DNA from: Paraspadella gotoi | Taxonomy: Eukaryota > Animalia > Chaetognatha | Reading direction: 5' to 3' | Length of the DNA stretch: 64,000 nt | NCBI GenBank assembly: GCA_051294375.1 | Contig: JBJCIZ010000028.1 | Coordinates: 930,437 to 994,436, forward strand | In this document: positions 13,001 to 22,600 of the stretch, piece by piece | Layout of the letters: the number at the start of each line of letters is the position of its first letter | Position numbering within the stretch: the first letter of the stretch is position 1 | The notes under the pieces: generated by a model | What the model was told of the DNA's origin: nothing | Seen by the model: the letters and a program-made list of their open reading frames with translations, nothing else | The model's database searches: none | Position numbers and translations under genes: made by a program

Positions 13001-15775
13001 TTCGCGTTCGTCATTCGAAGTTTGTTGTATAAGGATGGCAAAAATTACATAGGGTCGCCAAAGAAAACAAGGACGGGCAACAAAGATAACAAGGACGGTG
13101 CCAAAGATAACAACAGGACGCCAAAGATAACAAGGACGCCAAAGATACAAGGCAAAGACAGCGCCAAAGATAACAAAGGAAGGAAACAAGGCCCCGAACC
13201 GCCCCCTTTCCCGGACGCCGAGAAAAAGAGACTCTTGAGAGAAAGGGAAATAAGAAACGTGTGTGACACGCGTCACTACGAGACGGTGATAACGGAATCG
13301 ATTCTCGAGTTGGAGCTGTCGAACGACATATCCGTGTCGGAGGCTCAAAGGTGATTTGGGGCCTTTTTTATTTCGTTGTTTAAGTTTTATTTTTGAAATT
13401 TGTCACGGAATAATTTGTGGTTCATTCACAAATGAGATGAGTTCTTCATAATCTCAATTTACATATAGGAGCTGTTGAAGATCATTTATCTTATCTTTCT
13501 TTTTTACGTATAGTCTTATTTTTACGATTTTAGCTATACTTTTAATAAGTTTTATATAATAAATAGGTTTTTATAGTTTGGTTTTTTTTTCTTTCGCGTT
13601 AATTTAAGGTTTTATCGTTCTAACTGATCGCACAATTTGAAAGACAGTATTTTGGCTTTCGCGTTACCGAAGTTGGATTTGCAATGGCTTTTCCTCGTTT
13701 CGCGAAAAGAGAACGGAGTAAATTGGCCGCGCCCTTCATCCACGGCGATAAATTTACAAAATCTGCGCCCCCGGTTCATTCAACGTGAGAGAGATTACCT
13801 ATCGTGTTTGTCTCATTTCACTTCAACTTGATTTTTACAAGTACTTCACACTCTTTCCTTCCAGGACAAGACTGCTGCAGATGCTTCAAAGAATATAGAG
13901 TTCATCCCGACGGCCGCTTTACGACGATAAAAGAGAGTGCACCACCATTCCGGAAAACTTTTTCAGTCGCGGGTGGCAAGAAGACGTATCAATGCTGCAA
14001 CGCCCTCGGAAGGAAACCCTCGTGTTGTTGAGGTCCGAGAGTGGCCAATTTTCAGTAATACTTGATGAAGGCTTGTAAGTTTGCAGCCGAAACATGTCCG
14101 TTTTTTATTAAAATAAAATCGTTGTTCGAAAAATCATTTCAAAACTCTTCTAAATTATATACACAACGAAAGAAAGAATTATACCACAATGTCTAGTAAT
14201 TACTTTGGCAATAACAAAATGTCGAATCAGTCATTCCTCGACCATCGATTCGATTCCAGGTCGCCGAATGTCACGTCTGTCCATGGGCGTGGCCCACGGC
14301 GCGTCGACTATCGGCTTACGTCGAGATCTCGATGACTCGCGCGCCGCCGCGCCGAGGGGCAATCGCATGAGTCTTTCGCAGCTCTCAATAGGACTGCGAA
14401 ATGGTGCGAATTTGCCGAGTGTTGTTGAAATGGCACTACACAAAACAAAAAAAGAAAAAACAGGAACCCTCCATTTCAGGTTTTTCACGCGCGCACGGGT
14501 TTGATTTGGCGCGTAGTCACGGTCTCAGTTCGACAGAGATTCTCTCGAGGTTGGTCTACGACCGCTTTTTGGTCTCAGAACCCCCACGATCCCGTGGTAA
14601 GTCCTTCGGATGGTTTACTTTAATGAAATTAGTGTTATCTAGCATATCACACTCGTAGCCTATATATACATTACTCGGATTAATTATTCCCTTTACTAGA
14701 TTATTGGCAGGTACCACGCACTCGTGTTTCCGCAGGCTCGCCTCGAGTCGAAGACGCTCCGGAAGATGTTGTAGTCGACCTGNNNNNNNNNNNNNNNNNN
14801 NNNNNNNGATTTTAACGGTGACAACGAAACAAGAACAACTGCAAAAATAACAGCTACAACGAGCAACAACAATTAATAAGAAATCAACAACCAACGACAG
14901 AAATGACAACCACAACAATTTTACCAACCACAAAACTAGACAACCACGAGTCAAAACAACAAACCCACAACGGTGTAACAAAGCAATAAAAATAAATAAC
15001 ATAACGACAAAAACAACTGCCGAAACTGTAGGAGTGGGACTCAGGTTATGAATTATATATTATTTGTTACTTATATCTTCAGTGATAGTGCTCGCGCTGC
15101 CTTTCTAGTTTACCTGAGATTTATTACAATAGCTAATACAAATAGAAAACATAATTTATCTTTATTATTATAATTATTGTTTATTTAATACAACTATCAA
15201 CACTTAATACATTGAGCAAGAACTTCGAGATATGGGACTCTAAACATGAGAGTACTTCCCTTGATCCAAGCTGACCATTGATTTCTCACCTTTGAATAAT
15301 AAAAGTATTTATGAGTTATGAAAAGGTCAGCCAGGATAGAGATAAACTCTCAATCATTAATGACATAATAAATCTACTAAATTATTACAAAATTATCTAT
15401 GAATCAATTAAACTACTAAACAATATAGAAAAGTAATGTAAAATCCAATTATATGCCTATAAATATTACAGTACAAAAATCAATTGGACTTAAAATGATT
15501 TACTACTATATGCAAATGAGATTGATGAAATCTCAATCTCATTTAGTATTTTCTAAGAATGTATCTCTTACAAAACAAGGGGAAACGTGACAAAACAAAC
15601 ATAATAAAACATCAATATTTGAAATGAGGCTTTTCTTTTGCAGCTCTGCGGACTTTGATGCTGGATTATCTCCAAAAGATCATTCAGCAGGACGAAGCGG
15701 GACACGACTCGGCCGAGGACGCTCGGAAGCTGCTTGGAGCTCATGCGGTGGAAAGTCAAGAACGATCTCAAGTGA
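1..15775 (+). CDS. REXO1: RNA exonuclease 1 homolog (REXO1/EloA-BP1 family DEDDh exonuclease), long multi-exon form; 5' end outside window, middle and 3' exons partly in low-quality or duplicated sequence
   Basis: Clean exons 1-2089 (K/E/S-rich), 2395-~2610 (FDECLKIFNEA), 2881-3051, 3123-3254, 3520-3658, 4149-4264, 4768-4876 (GGRVPIVIRQRYLNILIDE), ~8059-8230 ([26 protein letters not shown]), ~8696-8872 (DKTCCRCGK...C.YHWGK...CC), ~9517-9642 ([10 protein letters not shown]). Noisy exons at ~10040-10870. Last exon ~15644-15775 ([28 protein letters not shown]). GT-AG junctions keep frame where the sequence is clean. Confidence 0.88.
1936..2031 (+). repeat. Coding 15-bp tandem repeat, (EKGGK) x6
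   Basis: gaaaagggaggaaag repeated six times in REXO1 exon, one copy with a variant base. Confidence 0.9.
2142..2277. repeat. Two adjacent intronic inverted repeats (MITE-like hairpin plus AT-rich palindrome)
   Basis: 2142-2172 pairs with 2216-2246 at 28/31 bp; aatttgatatata (2248-2260) is the exact reverse complement of 2265-2277. Confidence 0.8.
2305..2360 (-). mobile_element. tRNA-derived SINE head remnant
   Basis: Minus strand reads accttaaggactcgAGTTCGAGCCct (B-box-like); similar to 58328-58352 (+) accttaaaggactcgggttcccgccct and 51765-51790 (-) ctcgagttcgcgccct. Confidence 0.5.
3393..3527 (+). repeat. 45-bp tandem repeat x3 spanning a splice acceptor
   Basis: Unit ttatttgtccgccttattcttctcttttgtcgggcagagtccgcc; AG dinucleotides end at 3429, 3474 and 3519. 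Confidence 0.9.
3798..3906. repeat. Compound microsatellite (CT)n followed by (TCTTA)n
   Basis: Directly visible just upstream of an acceptor site. Confidence 0.95.
5110..8830. repeat. Redundant direct duplication of ~1.8 kb around a 25-N gap (probable assembly artefact)
   Basis: 5110-6866 recurs as 6892-~8830; each copy degrades with indels towards the gap at 6867-6891. Confidence 0.8.
9165..9480. repeat. Purine-rich 37-bp minisatellite, about 8 copies
   Basis: Unit gactgagaggaaaaagataggagagaggaaaaaaaga. Confidence 0.9.
9643..9845. repeat. (GA)n followed by a 38-bp minisatellite, about 3-4 copies
   Basis: Unit agagaaaacaatcatgagagagcaagacagagaaatat, directly after a donor site. Confidence 0.85.
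10938..14782. repeat. Indel-rich redundant copy of 14808-~18200 (probable raw-read gap fill)
   Basis: Colinear with the sequence after the 25-N gap at 14783-14807; exons are frameshifted here but clean in the second copy. Confidence 0.85.
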
Positions 15776-16558
15776 AATTCGAAGTCAAACTGATCCGTCA
15801 TATCAGAAAAAAAGAAATGAATTCTTTGTTCGATTAAAAAGACGAAGAAACGTTCAATTCGAAAACGTTATAAACGTCGCTTAAAAATTCCCAACCCTCA
15901 GCTTTAATATGCCCCCAGTTTTAAACTCTTTAAAATCACGTCTTTCAAAAATATTATTCGTTGCTAAATTTTATTTAAGTTGTTGGTTCCGTTAGCGAAA
16001 AAAAATATCGCCTTTTGTTTACTACTTAATTGTAATTTTATTTATTTTTTTTTTCGTCGTCAGATTTATTATCTTTTTTTGTGTTAATCGCAACAGTTAT
16101 TTTCCCACTTCGATAGACATACGAAAGTTAAATACAAGACGCGAGTCTACTAAAATTACTTTGAACTTTTTTCTGGATTCAGCTCGCAAGTACATAATAA
16201 TTGATCAAATGTTTAGCTAGGTATTTATGTATCGGAAAAAGGATTTTAAAAATGAAGAATCTCTGTTTATCGTCCGATGAGTTAAACAAAAATAAATTGA
16301 GGGCCCTGCGCTATTCGCTTCTTGTATTCAATTACGATGTATGGATTTATTTTTATTTTCCAGGCACAAGTTTGTCGAATTCGCTACTAGATTAAACGCG
16401 ATTTGATGCCTCTAACGACTAACCTATCATTCTTAATCATTATTCGATATCCTGGCGTCCCCTTCGCTTAGAGTACAACCTCTTTTCCTCCACGTGTCGT
16501 CAAAGAGACAAATTTGAAAGTCTTGCTTTTTTAAAAAAGTCGTGGGGAAAAGAAAAAC

Positions 16559-19109
16559 ATGGATGCGTCGCTCGATTTTTATTTTCTCTGCTTCCTCGTG
16601 TTCGTCACGACCGTTTACACGTTGTTCGCGTTCGTCATTCGAAGTTTGTTAGTAAATTCCAAGGGTGCCAAAGATAACAAGGACGCCAAAGATAACAAGG
16701 ATGCCAAAGAAAACAAGGACGCCAAAGATAACAAGGACGGCAAAGATAACAAGGACGCCAAAGATAACAAGGACGCCCAGACCGCCCCCCTTTCCCGACG
16801 CGAGAAAAAGAGACTCTTGAGAGAAAGGGAAAAAGAACGTTGTGACCACGCGTCACTACGAGACGGTGATAACGGAATCGATTCTCGATTGGAGCTGAAT
16901 CGAACGATCGATATCCGTGTCGAGCTCAAAGGTGATTTGGGCCTTTTTATTTCGTTGTTTAAGTTTTATTTTTGAATTTGTCACGGAATAATTTGTGGTT
17001 CATTACAAATGAGATTGAGTTCTTCAATCTCATTTACATATAGGAGCTGTTGAGATCATTTATCTTATCTTCTTTTCGTAATAGTCTTATTTTTACGATT
17101 TTTGCTATACTTTTAATAAGTTTTAATAATAAAATAGTTTTATAGTTTGTTTTTTTTTCCCCGTTAATTTAAGGTTTATCGTTCTACCGCCACATGAAAA
17201 AGTATTTGCTTTCGCGTTACGAGTTGGAATTGCATGGCTTTCCTCGTTCGGCGAAAGAGAACGGAGAAATTGGCCGCGCCCTCATCCACGGCGATAAATT
17301 TAAAAATCTCGCCCCCGGTCACTTCAACGTGAGAGAGATTACCTATCGTTTTGTCTCACTTCACTTCACTTGATTTTACAAAGTACTTCACACTCTTTCT
17401 TCCAGGACAAGACTTGCTGCAGATGCTTCAAAGAATATAGAGTTCATCCCGACGGCCGCTACGACGAAAAAGAAGAGTGCACTCACCATTCCGGAAAACT
17501 TTTCAGTCGCGGTGGCAAGAAGACGTATCAATGCTGCAACGCCCTCGAAGGAACCCTCGGTTGTGAGGTCCGAGATGGCAATTTTCAGTAATACTTGATG
17601 AAGGCTTGTAGTTGAGCCGAAACATGTCCGTTTTTTATTAAAATAAAATCGTTGTTGAAAATTCATTTCAAACTCTTCTAATTATTACACAACGAAAAGA
17701 AAGAATTATACCACAATGTCTAGTAATACTGGCAAATACAAAATGTCGAATCAGTCATTCCTCGACCATCGATGCCGATTCCAGGTCGCCGAATGTCACG
17801 TGTCCATGGGCGTGGCCCACGCGCGTCGACTAATCGGCTACGTCGAGACGATGACTCAAGCCGCCGCGCCCGAGGGCAATCATGGAGTCTTCGCCCTCGA
17901 CTGCGAAATGGTCCGAATTGCGATGTTTGAAATGGCACTACAAAACAAAAACAAAAACAGGATCCCTCCATTTCAGGTTTTCACCGCGCACGGTTTGGAT
18001 TTGGCGCGAGTCACGGTCGTCGACGATCATCTCGAGGTTGTCTACGACGCTTTGGTCAAACCCCACGATCCCGTGGTAAGTCCTCGGGAGTTTATTTAAT
18101 AAATTAGGTTACATATACATATATATATACATACTCGATTATTATTCCCTTTACTTTAGATTGACTACAACACTCGGTTCAGCGGCCTCACGTCGAAGAT
18201 GCTCGAAGACGTGAGGCGGACGAGAGAAGACGTTCAGAAAGAATTAGTCTCCATGTTTACCGCCGATACCATTTTAATAGGCAAGTCGTTATTAAAAGAT
18301 GAGTTAAAACTTTCGAATGACACGCAATCCAATAATAATTATACGTATAAAAAGCCAATGAAATTTGAATGCCATCATAGATCGGTCGGCAATGGGGGCT
18401 TCGAGCTCCCGCGACCCGCGTCCATAATCCAGAGCCGTCGAGCTCTTTTTGTATTTGGAGGCCATAGGATAAAGCAGAGGGGGTTGTAAGCGAAGACTCA
18501 GGCTTAGCTAATTCCATCGCGTCTTTCTTTCTTTCTTTCTTTCTTTCTCTCTTTCTCTCTTTCTCTCTTTCTCTCTTTCTTTTCCAGGTCACAGTTTAGA
18601 CATCGACTTGATGCAGTTGAAGTTGATCCACGACGTCGTCGTCGACACCTCCGTCGTCTTTCCACATCAACGCGGTCTCCCTCACAAACGAGGTACTACT
18701 TTTTTGCAAAGGAGACCCAAATATTGTAATGAGTAAACCGTTCGTAATGTAACAGTCCCGGATCTTGTCGGAAGTAACCTGCTACAGGCTATCGGTATAG
18801 AACCCCGGACCTTTTTCGTTACGAGGCGACTGATTCGCCTCCGGCTCCTGTCATGAAAGATTGATTGCTTTGATAACGACGACGACAACAACAACGATCA
18901 ACAACAAACGCTCACGCGCATAACTATCGAATTTATTGATTCGATTCAATTAACTCCCGACGTATACATTCTTTTCAGCCTTGCGGAATTTAATGTCGGA
19001 TCATCTCAAGAAAAAGATTCAACGGGGCCTCGATGGTCACGACTCGGCCGAGGACGCGCGCAGTTGCTTGGAACTCATGCGGTGGAAAATCTTGGCCGAT
19101 TTCCAATGA
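16559..19109 (+). CDS. Short REXO1-like DEDDh exonuclease paralogue (423 aa) with N-terminal hydrophobic segment
   Basis: Exons 16559-16931, 17174-17328, 17406-17567, 17785-17910, 17977-18075, 18160-18280, 18588-18692 and 18979-19109 join in frame. Motifs CCRC...C.HH.G...[33 protein letters not shown]. One GC donor at 18281. Confidence 0.9.
16667..16778 (+). repeat. Coding 18-bp tandem repeat, (AKDNKD) x6
   Basis: gccaaagataacaaggac units in exon 1 of the short paralogue. Confidence 0.9.
17590..17635 (+). ncRNA. Minimal type I hammerhead ribozyme-like motif (Penelope-type, variant core)
   Basis: TTGATGA-A-GGCT-tgtagttg-AGCC-GAAA-CATG-TC followed by AATAAA. Position 3 is U rather than C and helix I is imperfect. 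Redundant copy at ~14060-14100. Confidence 0.6.
18385..18440 (-). mobile_element. Possible tRNA-derived SINE head remnant
   Basis: Minus strand agctcgacgg (A-box-like) ... ggtcgcgggagctcgaagccc (B-box-like). Confidence 0.35.
18752..18850 (-). mobile_element. tRNA-headed SINE remnant with internally deleted twister-like body
   Basis: Minus strand aaaggtccggGGTTCTATACCgata-GCC-tgtagc-ag-gttac...ccgg-gactg; shares head and gggactg end with the 55470-55620 element. Confidence 0.5.
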
Positions 19110-19660
19110 GTCGTATTTATCATGGCGTTTTATCATCAAAGGCTGTGCGTTCAAGTGTGTGTCATTCTCAAAAATTTAGTCTACTTTGACTCGTTTGAGG
19201 ACTTGTTTTACGATTATGAGGGTAAAGATCCGCAGAGGCTTTTTTTCAAAAAATCACTTCGCATGTTCTCTTCCGCAGCTGGGATCGCTGCTCCGTCGAA
19301 AAAAAATACTAATTCGTGATGTTAAATGTCGAAATTCTTTAATAACTGGCTTTTTTTTTTGCCGCAGATGTTTTTTAGCGTTTTGTTATTTCGTTATCAT
19401 GTGATAATTTATATTCAAGTATCTTGTATTCTTTTCTACTTCCCAACCTTTTATTATACCACGGATGTTGGTTAATTTATTTTTTTGGTACCTTTTTGAT
19501 TTTGCGTTATTCTTTGTTTCACATGAATTTAGAACACGTTTTTGGGTCAACGAATTTGAACGACAAAATCGTTATCAGTATATCGAATTGACTCGGGGTC
19601 CCTCTCTCTCACTAAGTCCGTAATATTTGTCCATCTTCCGATGACCCACTGAACCGTATC

Positions 19661-22600
19661 ATGTTCGCTTTCTCGTGGGCGCGGTTCTTCGCCGGAGTCG
19701 TCGCCGTCGCCGCCTTCCTCGTCTACGAACCCCGAGTTCCTTTCGACGCCAACGATTATTGGATTCTCGTTTATATGGAGAGGATGGGGACGCTGAGGAG
19801 GCTCAAGAGGATGATTTGGGGAGGAAAACTGATAAGTGAGTCGGATAGAAGGGGTGGGGGGGAAGTTTTATGGGATGACGATTGGAACGCTGACAAGGAT
19901 CAAGAGGATGATTTGGCCTTTTAGGGAGGAAAACTGATTAGTGAGTCGGAATAGAGGGTGGGGGGGGGGGAAGATTTATGGGATGATGATTGGAACGCTG
20001 ACAAGGATCAAGAGGATGATTTGGCCTTTTAGGGAGGAAAACTGATTAGTGAGTTGGAAAAAAAAGGGTGGAGGGGGGGATGAGAATTGGGAGGATTATT
20101 TAGGTACGGTACGCGAAGCGTAGAGTGTCCTTTTTCCAGGGATCAAATAATTCTTCTATTTTGCGTCTAATGAGCTGATACTTAACGAATAAAATAGTCT
20201 CAACGTTGGTCTATTGCCCATTGGGTTAAAATTTTAATCGGACAATTCTAAACCACTTAAAAATAGGCCCAAAAAAAAAATTGAAAAGTTGCAATAATTT
20301 GATCATTTATATGTAGTACATTTTTAAATTTTATATATACGATACTCAAAAGGGTTTTTGTGGATGTTGTCAGAATATGAATATAAATTTGAACAGTTTT
20401 TATTTGCATTTACTAAGGGAAATATTTAGATGTTCATTTTTTTAATCAGTCATAAACTATTATATTAGTGAATATTATGATTTTATATTACAGTCTTAGA
20501 TGGCCTTCGGATTAGCTCTACAACATATATGAGTTTTCGGTCATTCTCAAAAAAAATTTTGTCACAGGTCAAATTTTAATAACAAAATTCAATTGTCATT
20601 TATACCTAAAATATCAATAACTTGATTGATTTTTAACCATAAAATAGCCAAAGCATACTTTATCCGCTGGTGGTCTCAAAAATTTAACTTAAAAATTAGC
20701 ATATCTCATTTGATATTTCAATATTTTTCTACTTTACTAAATTTCTCTTACTAATAAATTTTATGTTAAGTGCTAACAATTGCATGTATAAGCTTTAACT
20801 TAAGCTTGTTTTGGAGAATTCTCTAACTTTATTTCAAATTTATATTATTTTAAGATATTACTTTAAAAAGTATTTATTATACTTTATCAAATTTCAAATT
20901 TTTTTATTATTATAAAAGAGATTAGACAAGGATTCTAAATATATAAATATTTTTGTAATTAGATCATCCAAGGCCGAGATATGGCTTTTGAAATGTCAAA
21001 AAGAGAAAAAATACCTTTTTTCAACCCCAATAAAAAACTGTACAATCAACATATCTCTTAATATTTTAAAGAGAGGTAATATTTTCTTTCAAATTAACAT
21101 TCTTAAGTTTCAGATCAATCGAAAACTTTACTATTAAATCTTAAGGAGAAAGTTAATTTTTGAAAAAAAATCGATTTTTAAAAAAATAATTTGAGCTTAT
21201 TTTTATAATGATCGGATCTGCCCACGATCATCATCGGTAATTAGTTAATAATTAATCAATTAATACTAATTAATTATTAATTAATAAATAATTAATTAAA
21301 GTTAATTAATTATTTAATTAATAATTTATTTATTTAAGTTATTATTTAAACAGCAATAAATTTGATCAGAAATGTTTTGTTTTTGATTGATAATTGACTG
21401 ATTATTAATTATTGATTAATTAATTGACTAATGATTAATACTGATTAATTTTTGATTAATTAATACATCTTGCATTTACATTTAATATGAAAGGAAAAGA
21501 AGCATAATCAATTAGTAAAACAGTTTTTTTGTTTTTTCCATTTAACTCATTTCCACTCAAACGATTTTCATCGAAACTTGATTTCCAGTTTAATCACTTT
21601 TCTCCAAATAAAAAATTTCAAGTCAATCGCCACATCTACTCATGAGTAATTGGTGTTCAAATAGTGAAATTAATTTTTTTTGTTTTTTTTTCCATTTAAA
21701 CTCATTTCCACTCGGAACGATTTTTATCGAAACTTATATCCAGCTCAATCACACACTTCCCTACCTACACACAACATTTCATTCCAATCCATCAATCCAA
21801 TCACGAGTAATTGGTGTTTTTTGCTAAGGTGGACGGACGGACGGACAGACAGACATACGGATGGACATGTTTTTTTTGCATAGTTTATCTAATTCGATGT
21901 TCTGACATGATATAAGTGGAATGCCCGACAAATTATTCTAAAATGAATTATAGAGTCGGGATCTGCTGCAAGGAGATCGAACTAAAAATAGATAGTGATA
22001 ATGTAAAAGGTTAAAGTTACGATGTGAGAGAGAGCGAGGGAGAAGATATCCTTGTATGAACGCTATATTTTAAAATGGGCATAATCGGATTCGTCCCCAC
22101 CACGATGACCCTGGTGCAGAGTCTGACAGGGATGCTGAAGGCCCGCTGGTGGGTGCATTTTTCCTTTTGAGCTCCAATCACTCCGAAGAAGACGCTCCCG
22201 GTTAGCTACTTCCGGTTCCAGCTATCAATAAATCATCCATCCATCAATCCATCAATCAATCATCAATCAATAAATCAAAACTATCATCCAATCATCAGTC
22301 AATCCATCAATTAATCAATAAACAGTTTGCATCAACATCATAATTAAATTCAGCGCAATTCATAGAACAAGGGTAAAAGAAAATTATTGTTCTTTTCCTA
22401 TCACTTCATAAATTTACAACTTTATTGATTTTTCAGACAAAGAATTACAGATAAATGACTAAGAGACCGATGTAATTACGTACTAAGAATTAACAGTTAT
22501 AGTAATTCTCTTTTCTCTCTCTCTCTCTCTCTGTTAAAGACTTCTTGATGTTCACGCTTTGCGGCCCAAGGGGTTCGACGTGTCACTCGTCGAGAAAGTT

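Noticed and set aside
5110-14782. Apparent tandem exon duplications or REXO1 pseudogenes
   Set aside because: Copies abut 25-N gaps and show raw-read-type indels throughout, consistent with overfilled gap closure
22090-22160. Structured GC-rich patch with ATGA...GA resembling a SECIS element
   Set aside because: No apical AA, irregular helix, located inside an intronic transposon, and no in-frame TGA in the host gene
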